A stretch of 64,000 bases of DNA. It comes from a virus. Taxonomy: Duplodnaviria > Heunggongvirae > Uroviricota > Caudoviricetes. Positions 20,457 to 29,799 of this stretch are shown one piece after another (the first letter of the stretch is position 1; each line of letters opens with the position of its first letter). Position numbers and translations under genes: made by a program. The notes below the pieces were generated by a model. It did no database searches, was not told the DNA's origin, and saw only the letters and a list, made by a program, of their open reading frames with translations. Where the stretch lies: the IMG/VR virus record IMGVR_UViG_2541047879_000001. One strand, written 5' to 3'.

Positions 20457-20760
20457 TGTGTTTTTTCCTTACAGCCTGCTCCAGCAGCAGTTCGTTCTGG
20501 TGGGAGACGGATTTCAGGGTGGCATTGGTGGCCTTAAGCTCACCGCGCAGGGTGGTGATTTCGATATTGAGTCTGTTCACCTCCTGCTGCGTGGGCAGGC
20601 CGGAAATCCGGCTCTCCACCCGCTCAACCCGGTCGGAGAGTTTTTCAAAGGCCTCGCGGGGGACAAAGGTTTTGCGCATCAGCGCCATAAAGATCCCCCC
20701 GGCCGTGGCCGTTGCCGACAGGATCGGCACGACATAATCTTTAACGATGCTGATCCACAT
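20449..20760 (-). CDS. Small membrane/coiled-coil protein (lysis-associated?)
   Basis: 103 aa, one N-terminal hydrophobic helix then coiled coil. Confidence 0.4.
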   Translation of the reverse strand: MWISIVKDYVVPILSATATAGGIFMALMRKTFVPREAFEKLSDRVERVESRISGLPTQQEVNRLNIEITTLRGELKATNATLKSVSHQNELLLEQAVRKKHNE

Positions 20761-21034
20761 GACCGGCCTCCATGATGCTCTGGCAGTTCACACAACGGAT
20801 GGCATCCGGCACGGCAACCAGACGGGCGGCCGGAATGTCACCCCCGCAGTCTGCGCATACACGCCTGCCCGGAGTATCCTCCACCCGGCACTTACGTGTC
20901 AGCCGGTCACAAAGGGCGCGTTCTGTTGCCCGCTCCATGACTGCCTGAGCACAATCTGAATCATCCATACCTTTTTCCTTACTTCGTCTTTCCTGCCGGA
21001 ACAGCAGACGTTCCGGCCATATCAGTAAATTCAT
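20741..21034 (-). CDS. TraR/DksA-family C4 zinc-finger protein
   Basis: CADCGGDIPAARL...IRCVNCQ four-Cys motif. Confidence 0.6.
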   Translation of the reverse strand: MNLLIWPERLLFRQERRSKEKGMDDSDCAQAVMERATERALCDRLTRKCRVEDTPGRRVCADCGGDIPAARLVAVPDAIRCVNCQSIMEAGHVDQHR

Positions 21035-21350
21035 GCTGTCGCCGTACCTCCAGACGGCGGATGCTGGCCTTGTCCACGTTGCAGTTCTTAATCACCGCCA
21101 GCAGTTGCAGGTTGTAAGTGACCGATGCGCCAAACGTGAACGGCTGCGGCACAGAAGGGACCAGACAGTCAGCCAGCCATTCAGCGGGGATCGGCACCGG
21201 CTTCACCGGCACGTATTTCACAGACGGCCCGCCGCACCCGGTCAGCCACATCATCAGGCACAGGAACAGCGGCCGCAGGCACCGTTGCCAGCGACCGGCG
21301 GACAATGCTCTGCTGTTCCTCGCTGTGCTGCATGTTCTGCTGTTTTTCAT
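20979..21350 (-). CDS. Candidate o-spanin (outer-membrane lipoprotein)
   Basis: Lipobox LTGC after a hydrophobic stretch, Pro-rich mature part, out-of-frame overlap with the i-spanin candidate; start uncertain. Confidence 0.35.
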   Translation of the reverse strand: MKNSRTCSTARNSRALSAGRWQRCLRPLFLCLMMWLTGCGGPSVKYVPVKPVPIPAEWLADCLVPSVPQPFTFGASVTYNLQLLAVIKNCNVDKASIRRLEVRRQHEFTDMAGTSAVPAGKTK

Positions 21351-21681
21351 TCGTGGCCGCCTTACTGATTTGTGAAATGAGTTGCAGGGTGCGTTGCTGG
21401 TTTGCCAGCACCAGACGGGCTTCGTCCCGTTCACGCACAAGCACATGATTATTGTCCTCAAGGCGCTGCGTCTTCTGGTGCATTCCCCATACCACGGCAG
21501 CCAGCACACTCATCACCCCCAGCGCCGCCATACAGCCTCCGGCAATCAGGGCTGGTAAGGGATTATTCACCGCAGCCACAGCACACCCCGCAGCACCACA
21601 ACAGCACACAGCAGCGCAATCATGAGCGGTCGCCAGAAACGGTTCAGACTTTCGGCAAGTCGTAACGACATAACCATTCAT
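21181..21681 (-). CDS. Candidate i-spanin (Rz-like)
   Basis: N-terminal TM helix (AALGVMSVLAAVVWG) then coiled coil; downstream of endolysin; start uncertain. Confidence 0.4.
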   Translation of the reverse strand: MNGYVVTTCRKSEPFLATAHDCAAVCCCGAAGCAVAAVNNPLPALIAGGCMAALGVMSVLAAVVWGMHQKTQRLEDNNHVLVRERDEARLVLANQQRTLQLISQISKAATNEKQQNMQHSEEQQSIVRRSLATVPAAAVPVPDDVADRVRRAVCEIRAGEAGADPR

Positions 21682-22144
21682 CCGCCGAACGGCGGGCCTC
21701 AAGACCGGGGAGTTTCACCCCCTTTGAATAAATCCAGCGGATATACTGCTTACAGGACGCGGGCATCTGCCCGGCATTGATAAGGCGCAGGAGCGTGGAG
21801 TTGCGAAAGTTCGTTTCACCGGCCCAGAAAATCCAGGAGGCCAACGCCACCGTCTGACCACGGGTAAGCGGCACCTGAACATGACGATCGATAGCCGCAA
21901 AGGCCCATTTCATGTCCTTTTCCAGCAGCTCCAGACACTCTTCATCAGTTTTTGTCATCCCCGGTTTCACATCCGGGCCGGTATGGCCGTAACAGATGGT
22001 GGGGGTGCCGGTGGGATCAATGTACGTGGTGTTTTCTTTCCCTTCCCAGTAGCCGGTGTAGTGCGTGGCAATGGTGAACGTCCCGGCTCCGGCCAGAACA
22101 AGGGCAATCAGCTTTTTACGCAGGGGTGCGGGGAGTTTTGGCAT
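21644..22144 (-). CDS. SAR-type endolysin (T4-lysozyme-like muramidase)
   Basis: N-terminal hydrophobic signal-anchor; catalytic E-x8-D-x5-T triad (EGKENTTYIDPTGTPT). Confidence 0.8.
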   Translation of the reverse strand: MPKLPAPLRKKLIALVLAGAGTFTIATHYTGYWEGKENTTYIDPTGTPTICYGHTGPDVKPGMTKTDEECLELLEKDMKWAFAAIDRHVQVPLTRGQTVALASWIFWAGETNFRNSTLLRLINAGQMPASCKQYIRWIYSKGVKLPGLEARRSADEWLCRYDLPKV

Positions 22145-22215
22145 TGTTACGCTGTCTCATGGTGTTCTCTGAGTCAGCGTAACCGTGGGAAAAAGTGGGC
22201 AGGATTTGCGGAATA

Positions 22216-22638
22216 TCAGAAAAGCCGGGGCTGCGTGCGTTCCTGATGCAGGCGGCGCTGGTTACGGATAACGGAGTAAATCTGCGTCTCTGACATCTGG
22301 TAGTGGCGGCGCAGGGTTTCAATTTTTTCGCCCTGGCTCCAGCGGGAAAAAATCTCATTATTGCGCAGTTCGGTGAAAAGGGATTCACCGACCGGGAGAT
22401 AATAACCACGCCCGCCCATGTACCCGGCCTGTGCGGCCGCAACTTTACGGGCAAGCATTCCCGCCTGAGCAGGTTCAATCCCCTGACGGTGCAGTTCAGC
22501 ACTGATCACATCAACCAGGTCCCGCAGCGTGCCGGGCCAGTTCTTTTTCAGCTCATCATCAGGAATATCATCCAGACGGTCAATCAGCGCGTGCAGCTGT
22601 TCGCTGTCACCAAACATGCTCATCTGTGTTTCAGCCAT
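22216..22638 (-). CDS. Mor/C-family transcriptional activator
   Basis: 140-aa protein with C-terminal HTH, between gemA-like gene and lysis genes; only one Mor/C homologue seen. Confidence 0.65.
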   Translation of the reverse strand: MAETQMSMFGDSEQLHALIDRLDDIPDDELKKNWPGTLRDLVDVISAELHRQGIEPAQAGMLARKVAAAQAGYMGGRGYYLPVGESLFTELRNNEIFSRWSQGEKIETLRRHYQMSETQIYSVIRNQRRLHQERTQPRLF

Positions 22639-22708
22639 ACCCGCCTCCGGTCATCATTACACAGGGCAAGTTTAAAATAAAAATCCCGCGCTGTGGCGGG
22701 ATTTGGAG

Positions 22709-23221
22709 TTAACGGGGGAATGATTTTTCATACAGCCTGCAAACGCGCTCATAACTTATCACTGTACGCGCTGACATCCCCAGCACATCCAGCATTTTGC
22801 GGCGGTGCCAGCGTTTGAGACGCTCCAGCACATCAGAGGCCAGTGCGGGGTGTTGCTCCAGCCACTGCCAGTTAGCCACACCTTCACCGCCGTTCTGCGC
22901 GGCCGTCTGCGATTTCACCCAGCGGTTAATGGCGTTTTCCCCGCCATCAGCGATAAAGCCCTGCCGGTGCATCACTTTCCAGATGGCGCGAATTTTGGCG
23001 GTCACCGTCCCCGGTTTTAAGGCCCGGTTAACCGGCTTCTGACGCACTTTAAAACCGCGTTTTTTGAAAACATCCAGCACGCGGGATAACTCATCCGGTG
23101 ACATATCCCGGCAACTGGGTTTGCCGGTGGCTGCCAGTAGTACGGATGTGTAGGTCTCATGGTCAAGCTGTAGATCGCGTTTTGCGACATGTATTAAGGT
23201 AATCAGGGAAGCGCGATTCAT
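22709..23221 (-). CDS. GemA-like protein (Mu gp16-like)
   Basis: 170-aa ORF in conserved position upstream of mor; family recalled from Mu-like prophages. Confidence 0.6.
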   Translation of the reverse strand: MNRASLITLIHVAKRDLQLDHETYTSVLLAATGKPSCRDMSPDELSRVLDVFKKRGFKVRQKPVNRALKPGTVTAKIRAIWKVMHRQGFIADGGENAINRWVKSQTAAQNGGEGVANWQWLEQHPALASDVLERLKRWHRRKMLDVLGMSARTVISYERVCRLYEKSFPR

Positions 23222-23285
23222 TATCGTGTCTCCGTAACAACAGGCGGCATGGCAACGCCGCCCGGATAAAACTAAAGGTATCGAT

Positions 23286-23696
23286 ATGAAAATAGATTAC
23301 GATGAAGTATTAAGTATTCTCACAACTTTTCAGGATGCTGAAACACCTTTCCTTACACTACAGGATCTGGGCATGGCTGAGGCAGAAGGAGAGGAAAAGG
23401 ATAAAAAAGTTTTTCATCTTATGCTTCTCGCTGATAATGGCTCAATTGTTAATGGTGATATGCAGTCAGAAACACCCAAATATATTGGTTTCTTTTTCCA
23501 TTCTCTGGGCGTTGGTTTCAGAAACACGCCCATTATGCTTACCCAGCAGGGGCATGATTTAGCTAACGCCCTGAGAAAAAAACCAATCCTTGAAAGAATC
23601 AAAAAGGAGTTTACAGACGCACCATTTGATCTAATTAAAGAAGTTACCAAATCAATGTTAACCAGGTTCGTCAAAGAACGTATTGGGATTGACTGA
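23286..23696 (+). CDS. Hypothetical protein, opposite-strand insert in the Mu-like early region
   Basis: 136-aa ORF with RBS (aaagg 8 nt upstream), AT-rich codon usage, only plus-strand gene inside the minus-strand early operon. Confidence 0.45.
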   Translation: MKIDYDEVLSILTTFQDAETPFLTLQDLGMAEAEGEEKDKKVFHLMLLADNGSIVNGDMQSETPKYIGFFFHSLGVGFRNTPIMLTQQGHDLANALRKKPILERIKKEFTDAPFDLIKEVTKSMLTRFVKERIGID

Positions 23697-23966
23697 ACAA
23701 CTTAATTCAGCCAGTAATCGCAGGGCGGCGACAGCCGCCTGCTTGTCACTTCTTTTAGCTATTTCCGCAAGAGTATGCACAATCCATAACGGACTTAACG
23801 CCACGGCTGAATCCAGAATCATGTCATCCATAATAATTTCTGGCATATCCCGCTTGTCACATTCTTTATCCATAAAAGAAACGAATTTCTCTGCATCTTC
23901 CGGTTTCATGCCTCCGGCGATAAGGATTTTGCGATATTCATAAGACGATCTTAATTCAATACTCAT
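23658..23966 (-). CDS. Hypothetical protein
   Basis: 102-aa ORF, 3' end overlaps the convergent plus-strand ORF by 39 nt. Confidence 0.4.
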   Translation of the reverse strand: MSIELRSSYEYRKILIAGGMKPEDAEKFVSFMDKECDKRDMPEIIMDDMILDSAVALSPLWIVHTLAEIAKRSDKQAAVAALRLLAELSCSVNPNTFFDEPG

Positions 23967-23981
23967 TATTCACCTGCCTGC

Positions 23982-24374
23982 TTAATCTGTTTCCAGTGCT
24001 TTGCTACGGGCTATAGCCTCACATTCAAAAAATACCGACTCCGGCACGCGCTCTTTTAATTCACGAACAAGGAAATCATTAACGCGTTCATGACGTCTTA
24101 TATTTCTTTCCTTTTCCTCCTGGCGCAATACAGCAAGGCGGTATTCAACAGCCCGGCGTTGTTTCTGAAAGACAGCCAGTGCTTTTCTGGCAGCATTACG
24201 CCATGCATCATCGCCACATGGTGCGTATTCAAGCTGAAATTTAATCTCTTCAATAGTTTCTTTGATTTTTGCCAGCAAGCTAAGACAGTCGCTTATTGTC
24301 TCCAGCTTTTCATTATCAATATAACTTCTCACGCATTCACCTCCCGTAATTCCGGTAAAGCCGAAATATGACAC
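23982..24374 (-). CDS. Hypothetical coiled-coil protein (start uncertain)
   Basis: 130-aa track ORF; real start probably downstream of 24374 to avoid overlap with the upstream gene. Confidence 0.35.
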   Translation of the reverse strand: MSYFGFTGITGGECVRSYIDNEKLETISDCLSLLAKIKETIEEIKFQLEYAPCGDDAWRNAARKALAVFQKQRRAVEYRLAVLRQEEKERNIRRHERVNDFLVRELKERVPESVFFECEAIARSKALETD

Positions 24375-24658
24375 CAGTGCGTCACCTGTCCGTCTTCATC
24401 TTCAAGGCAGGCTCCGGTTTCTTCATCAACAAAAAAGCCTTCATACCCCATATGGCCGATGCGCAGCTCCTGACGGTGACCATACTGAACAATCAGCACG
24501 ACAGCCTCCATATCAGGTGGGAAAGCATCATTCAGTGAATGCCAGGGATAACCGCGTAAATCCCCGAAATAAACACCGGTCAGCGTTCCGCCACAGAGCG
24601 GCATTCCGGCGGCACACACAAGAGGTTCATCTGATTCAACAAATAAGGTCGTTATCAT
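24329..24658 (-). CDS. Hypothetical protein
   Basis: 109-aa ORF, translationally coupled to upstream gene. Confidence 0.4.
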   Translation of the reverse strand: MITTLFVESDEPLVCAAGMPLCGGTLTGVYFGDLRGYPWHSLNDAFPPDMEAVVLIVQYGHRQELRIGHMGYEGFFVDEETGACLEDEDGQVTHWCHISALPELREVNA

Positions 24659-25206
24659 GGCGTTAACTCCCGTAATACAGCGTCCTCGGCAGTCCGGCGA
24701 CGGTAATAAACTGCGTGAGCAGAATGTTCAGATATTCCAAACTTTTCGCCAATTTCCCGGAATGACAGACGGCGTGGGTAATCGGAATCACGCAGCGCAC
24801 GTATAAGACGTACATCATCATCAGATATGCGCGTGCCGGGGCGTAACTCTCCGCACTTTGTTAATCCAGCACCAATCATTCCTGCCCGACATCTGACAGA
24901 ATCTTTATTACGTCCGAGATATTCTCCCATTTGCTGGCAGGTCATTGTTCTGGCATTTTTTCGAATAAACTTATCTTCATCAGGTGTAAATCTTGGGTGT
25001 TTATATTTCAGTAACTCCGGGTATGAACTGCGCAATACACCAGTCCGGTTATATACAGCCCAGACAGTTCTTTTTATTCTGGCAGCAATATCCTTAACCG
25101 GGGTGGATGAATAAAGCGCAATCAGTAGCGCATCTTCTTCAGGTGTCCACGCGCGGACATGAGCGGGTGTACGACCTTTTCGCCCCATGTGTTGTAAAAT
25201 CATCAT
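24655..25206 (-). CDS. Hypothetical protein with three HTH-like repeats
   Basis: Three repeats of a W/F-TP-(E/D)ED...(I/V)...G motif. Confidence 0.45.
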   Translation of the reverse strand: MMILQHMGRKGRTPAHVRAWTPEEDALLIALYSSTPVKDIAARIKRTVWAVYNRTGVLRSSYPELLKYKHPRFTPDEDKFIRKNARTMTCQQMGEYLGRNKDSVRCRAGMIGAGLTKCGELRPGTRISDDDVRLIRALRDSDYPRRLSFREIGEKFGISEHSAHAVYYRRRTAEDAVLRELTP

Positions 25207-25209
25207 ACA

Positions 25210-25725
25210 TCACCCCCTGACTCGCTTTTCGGCAGCATAAAACTCATCAGACAGAATTTCGGTCATTTTCCGTTTTGCGGAATCATCTTCGCACTGAAGA
25301 TAAATCACATTGTCAACGCAGAACCAGTTCACGGGACCATACAATATTGCTGAGAAGTCAATACCCAGCCAGAACAACAGGGCATCGGTTCTGGCATACG
25401 TGACGGGCGAATATTCACGCCACAGACTGTTCAGTTCATCAGAGGCAACACGCAGGGCTTTAGGGATACGTGATGTGCGCGGTGTGCAGCTCCAGCCATT
25501 CGACGCAGTCGGTTTTCGCCATAAGTCGCGATGAAAAGGATATTTGTCCTCCGTAAAACGCAGTCCCTTAAAACAAAAACCACTGATACTGAATTCAAAT
25601 ACCGACCGGCACGCAACATTCAGCACGGCCTCAAGGCGTTTCGCCTCATCTTTTACCGTCTGGCAGTCCTGCTGGTATTTTTGCCACGCAGCCAGCGCGG
25701 AAGGGTTTGATGTTTTAAAGAACAT
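25210..25725 (-). CDS. Hypothetical Mu-like early protein
   Basis: 171-aa ORF in semi-essential early region. Confidence 0.45.
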   Translation of the reverse strand: MFFKTSNPSALAAWQKYQQDCQTVKDEAKRLEAVLNVACRSVFEFSISGFCFKGLRFTEDKYPFHRDLWRKPTASNGWSCTPRTSRIPKALRVASDELNSLWREYSPVTYARTDALLFWLGIDFSAILYGPVNWFCVDNVIYLQCEDDSAKRKMTEILSDEFYAAEKRVRG

Positions 25726-26258
25726 TACGCCACCTCCGCAGATATCCCGGCAGGCGCTGCTGTCCGGTCAACAATCAGGTAGCGCAGAACACGCGCGGTG
25801 ATATTCCAGCCGCTTAAACCGCAGATGATGACACCCAGGCGAATGTCGATATACGCCATCACAAACTGGGGCACGCCTTCTTTCATGGCCTGCTCATCAA
25901 CTTCAGCCACCACATAAACGGTTTCACAGGTCAGAACGCCCTGAGCAAATTCCCACGCCATCGACGGAATATCATGCCCCTCAATCCATGGCAGGGATTT
26001 TCTGAAGCTGCACCACTGAACATCATCAGCCGCAGATTCCTGTCTGCATTTGCGACGAATCGGCTGCACCGGGCGGGGACGCGGAATATCATAAAAACCG
26101 TTACATTCCGTCAGCACCCCGGCATCAACCGCATCACGCAGAAAATAAACCATGGAGGATGGCGGCATATTCATTTTTTCAGCCAGTACGCCGCAGGTCA
26201 GACGCCCGTAAATACTCAGCCAGTTTTTAACCCCTTCAAGCACTTTTGCATCAATCAT
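25725..26258 (-). CDS. Hypothetical Mu-like early protein
   Basis: 177-aa ORF, start overlaps upstream stop. Confidence 0.45.
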   Translation of the reverse strand: MIDAKVLEGVKNWLSIYGRLTCGVLAEKMNMPPSSMVYFLRDAVDAGVLTECNGFYDIPRPRPVQPIRRKCRQESAADDVQWCSFRKSLPWIEGHDIPSMAWEFAQGVLTCETVYVVAEVDEQAMKEGVPQFVMAYIDIRLGVIICGLSGWNITARVLRYLIVDRTAAPAGISAEVA

Positions 26259-26261
26259 GAA

Positions 26262-26804
26262 TTATTCCTCCGTCAGCGCCACATATTCAGAATGTTTAAT
26301 TTCCTGGCATTCTTCAGGAATACATCCGTTTATTTCCCTGCCATAAGCGCCCACTTTAAACACCACGCACAGGGCATCACGGGAGAACGAAGGGGTCCAC
26401 CAGGAGTCCGTGTTAAACATGGAGGGGATTCTCATTACCCCCAGCTTTTCACAGAGCCAGACAAGGAAATCAGGACGCTTTCTTAACTCGCGTTCAGCGG
26501 CTTCAATCATTGCGGCAATCGCCGGTCCTTCAGGGCATGACTCATCAGGTCTGGCTATAAAGCACTGTCCGCCACCGATAAAAGCCACATCATCGCGCTT
26601 ACGCCAGCCCGCAGGCAGAGCACCGGCAAAATAAAACTCACTGATTCTGTCCATGGCGAACGGCTTTAAGCGCAATCCGGCAGCGCCTGTATTTTTCAGT
26701 AATGTCCGAAGAATACTGTTGCGTAGCGGTAAAACAGCCTGTTGATATTTGGTGAAATATTTATTTGTCTGCACACGGTCTAATTTGAAATAAAAATATG
26801 CCAT
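26262..26804 (-). CDS. Hypothetical Mu-like early protein
   Basis: 180-aa ORF downstream of gam. Confidence 0.45.
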   Translation of the reverse strand: MAYFYFKLDRVQTNKYFTKYQQAVLPLRNSILRTLLKNTGAAGLRLKPFAMDRISEFYFAGALPAGWRKRDDVAFIGGGQCFIARPDESCPEGPAIAAMIEAAERELRKRPDFLVWLCEKLGVMRIPSMFNTDSWWTPSFSRDALCVVFKVGAYGREINGCIPEECQEIKHSEYVALTEE

Positions 26805-26901
26805 ATTTCCGATTCCTTATTTTCAGCTTTCAGGCGCAAGCAGTCCCCTGACGCGAGCGCCATAATTAAAATGAAGTGATATTTAAATAATTAATGCGGT
26901 G

Positions 26902-27432
26902 TTATTTATTCAGTCCGGCATCCTGTTCAAAAGGCTCGACATAAAAACTTTCAGCGCCTTTATTCACCTTTATACCGGCAATGCCTTTCACCGCATCCGG
27001 CTCCGCCAGGACGGCTTCCTTGTTCACTTCCTCTTTCGTGCGGATGAATCGCTCAAGCCCCATACGGCGCAGCGTGTCAATCACACCTTCCACATCACGG
27101 CTGACGCTGCATGATGGCGTTCCCAGCCGCCATGACACCGTTCCGGTGGTCAGATTGGCAGTTTTGGTTTTGCCGCCGTTCGTCAGCTCATCACGGTTGG
27201 TTTTACACCAGTCCTGAATCCCTTTAAAAAGCACTTTGATTTGCTTTTTAAGATTTTCAATCTGCGGCGTATAACGGGCGGTGATTTCTGCCACTTCATC
27301 ATTCATCGCCGTTTCCAGGCGCAGCGCCTCTCGCTGAATATCGCCCAGGGTGCGGATATCGCGGCTGACTTCTTCGCGGGTCTGCGGTGCGGCCTCGGCT
27401 ACAGCCTTTAATTTTGTAACGCGTTTTGCCAT
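26902..27432 (-). CDS. gam: Host-nuclease inhibitor Gam (Mu Gam/Ku-like DNA end-binding protein)
   Basis: 176-aa protein with the Mu Gam sequence signature (MAKRVTKLK...), correct position in early operon. Confidence 0.85.
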   Translation of the reverse strand: MAKRVTKLKAVAEAAPQTREEVSRDIRTLGDIQREALRLETAMNDEVAEITARYTPQIENLKKQIKVLFKGIQDWCKTNRDELTNGGKTKTANLTTGTVSWRLGTPSCSVSRDVEGVIDTLRRMGLERFIRTKEEVNKEAVLAEPDAVKGIAGIKVNKGAESFYVEPFEQDAGLNK

Positions 27433-27443
27433 TTTGTTTTTCC

Positions 27444-27764
27444 TTATTGCAATGTATCTGGTGCGTTCTGCAAGGAGCGGCGCTCAATGCTGCTTTTCAC
27501 CCCCAGAGCCTGCATGGAACCCTGAAGTTCATCTGTCAGAAACTGAATAATTGTGGGGCTGTGATATTTAAGAATTTGCGCATAAACATCACATGGGCCT
27601 GTCGGTCTGTTCTCCGTATCACGTTCGATTTTTACAGTGGCAGTAACCCCCTCCGTGATTTCCTGACTATCATTACCGGCTGGCTTTACTTCATGCATTA
27701 CGTGGTTAAATTCAAAAATAACGCGTACTTTGCTCATGGAATTACCCCTGCTGATTAAATTCAT
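27444..27764 (-). CDS. Hypothetical protein, paralogue A
   Basis: N-terminus MSKVRVIFEFNHVMHEV parallels neighbour MSKVVHIIFEYKEHVIHK. Confidence 0.45.
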   Translation of the reverse strand: MNLISRGNSMSKVRVIFEFNHVMHEVKPAGNDSQEITEGVTATVKIERDTENRPTGPCDVYAQILKYHSPTIIQFLTDELQGSMQALGVKSSIERRSLQNAPDTLQ

Positions 27765-28014
27765 TACCGTTAATAACCCCGGAAGCCATGCCCCTGTCTT
27801 TCATGAATGCACTGGCTTTCATTGCCACAAGCTCTGCGAAGTTTCTGCTTTCCGCGAGCATAACCCCCCCAAAAATCATGGCGGGTCCATCACCTTTCTG
27901 CTTTATCCCGGTTGAACGTATGTCCAGACTTACCCCCATGCGCACTGTTCCATCAGCGTTTTTATGGATAACGTGCTCCTTATATTCGAAAATAATGTGT
28001 ACGACTTTACTCAT
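27742..28014 (-). CDS. Hypothetical protein, paralogue B
   Basis: 90-aa ORF, tandem paralogue of 27444-27764. Confidence 0.45.
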   Translation of the reverse strand: MSKVVHIIFEYKEHVIHKNADGTVRMGVSLDIRSTGIKQKGDGPAMIFGGVMLAESRNFAELVAMKASAFMKDRGMASGVINGNEFNQQG

Positions 28015-28292
28015 CCTCTGGTCCTCGTTCTGTTTGGATAACTGACCCGGCGTCTGACCTCACGGCAGAACCGAATCATGGCATTAAAGGCTTCTTCCTC
28101 CGTCACCGCTTCCGGTATCCCCGGAACCAGTAACTGCTCCTGTTCATCACGTCCATGACGCGCCATAACCTCAATCACATGCCGTACCGTGGCAGGCTTT
28201 CCGGCAACTATCGGCAATGCACCTTCCGGCAGGACGTAACCAAACTCAATAAGACCACTCGACCACGCCCATGCAATGAGATTTTTTTTCAC
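28011..28292 (-). CDS. Hypothetical protein
   Basis: 93-aa ORF, translationally coupled. Confidence 0.4.
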   Translation of the reverse strand: MKKNLIAWAWSSGLIEFGYVLPEGALPIVAGKPATVRHVIEVMARHGRDEQEQLLVPGIPEAVTEEEAFNAMIRFCREVRRRVSYPNRTRTRG

Positions 28293-28293
28293 C

Positions 28294-28560
28294 TCACACC
28301 TCCCAGTAAACCGTGCAGCCGCTGATGCGGGTGGCCTTCACACGGCGGCGCAGGCCGTTGGTCTGTATGGTGATTTCAATTTCACCGGTTCCCTGCACGT
28401 TGCCTACCGGCGGCGTGGTTTTCAGTGCAAAACGTTGCGGATAGCGCTTACTGCGTTCCAGTACCGCACCGGCAAGTTCGGTCAGACGGCGCGCGCTGTT
28501 CAGGGAGTCGAATAAATTCATTTTGTTACCGCAGGATTGCATATTCATATAACACCTCAT
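28294..28560 (-). CDS. Hypothetical protein
   Basis: 88-aa ORF. Confidence 0.35.
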   Translation of the reverse strand: MRCYMNMQSCGNKMNLFDSLNSARRLTELAGAVLERSKRYPQRFALKTTPPVGNVQGTGEIEITIQTNGLRRRVKATRISGCTVYWEV

Positions 28561-28788
28561 TTAGCTGACTTGTTTCGCACCAACAGAACGGCATATTCCG
28601 CTGTAAACTTCTGTCGCACCTTCGCGATCAAGTCCGGCAGATATCACCATTCGTGTGCGGTCATTAAATTCAAAAAGTAAATCGCCACATTCTTTATTTT
28701 CGGCCAGTGAAATCACCTTCACGTTATCGAAATTAACCAGGTAAAAGCGTCCGTAAATATCAGGAATATTAAATACCGCCATAATCAC
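28561..28788 (-). CDS. Hypothetical small protein in the kil position downstream of B
   Basis: 75-aa ORF immediately after the B-like gene; positional analogy only. Confidence 0.35.
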   Translation of the reverse strand: MIMAVFNIPDIYGRFYLVNFDNVKVISLAENKECGDLLFEFNDRTRMVISAGLDREGATEVYSGICRSVGAKQVS

Positions 28789-29726
28789 ACCTGTGAGAGT
28801 AATTCAGGGTTGGTATAAACCTCTTTAAAGGCCGCATTAATATGTTTTTCTGTCAGCGCCGCGCCTTCACCGCTGGCGGTGAGCCACGCCTGGTTAAGCG
28901 TATGTGTCAGAACGCGTAACGCTCCCGGCTTTTCAGCGATAGCCTGCATGACGGCCAGCTCGGCCTCACCACTGATCCCCCACGCCATGGCAATGGCCAG
29001 CACATCCGCCTTTTTGGCCTTGCGAAGTTGTTTTGTACGGGCAAGACGGCTGAACAGGCGCGATAAATCATCAAAGGCGCGGCGTCCACCTTTAAACAAT
29101 CCGCGCGGGTTACCAATAAGCACCATCCCGATCCCCGTGGCGTCCTGAATTGCCCGGAGTTGCTCCAGACCGTCAATACCAAGATGATCCGCCTCATCCA
29201 CAATCACCAGTCCACGCGTTCCCATCAGGCGACGGCGGATGGCGCGGGATAATGCCCCTTTGTTCGCGCGGGTGTAATCAATCCCCAGCGCATCGGCCAG
29301 CTCCAGCAGACACTCCGTGACGCTGGAGTGCGCGGGTGACAGGGTGATCATCCAGGTGTTTGGTTGCTCCTGGCAGTAATTACGGGCAGTGGCCGTTTTA
29401 CCCACACCCGGTACGCCCACAATAACGTTAATACAGCCCATCAGGCGAACCGCCTGAAACAGTGCGCGCAGCTCCTGGACTGTCTGAGTTTCCACAAACT
29501 GCGGCGGTTCCGGCAGTGCGCTTTGTTTATTCCAGTTCTCATACCAGGAGCGCAGGGAAGCAGCCACAGCAGCGTTATCGCCTTTATATTTTCCCTTACG
29601 GAAAGCCGATAATGTGCCGTCGGAAATTCCCGCCTCTCTGGCGATGGCATACTGCGTCAGTACGCCGCCATCAATAAGTTCATCAATGGTCTTGATTACA
29701 TCGTTAATATCGGTCATATTATTCAC
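28785..29726 (-). CDS. B: DNA transposition protein B (MuB-like AAA+ ATPase)
   Basis: Walker A GVPGVGKT, Walker B LVIVDEADHL, N-terminal HTH; directly downstream of transposase. Confidence 0.85.
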   Translation of the reverse strand: MNNMTDINDVIKTIDELIDGGVLTQYAIAREAGISDGTLSAFRKGKYKGDNAAVAASLRSWYENWNKQSALPEPPQFVETQTVQELRALFQAVRLMGCINVIVGVPGVGKTATARNYCQEQPNTWMITLSPAHSSVTECLLELADALGIDYTRANKGALSRAIRRRLMGTRGLVIVDEADHLGIDGLEQLRAIQDATGIGMVLIGNPRGLFKGGRRAFDDLSRLFSRLARTKQLRKAKKADVLAIAMAWGISGEAELAVMQAIAEKPGALRVLTHTLNQAWLTASGEGAALTEKHINAAFKEVYTNPELLSQV

Positions 29727-29799
29727 CTCGCTTGAGACAGCATTCTCCGAGACTGAAACCTCAAATAACCTGAGTCACCCCTCGGGTTATTTTTTTATT

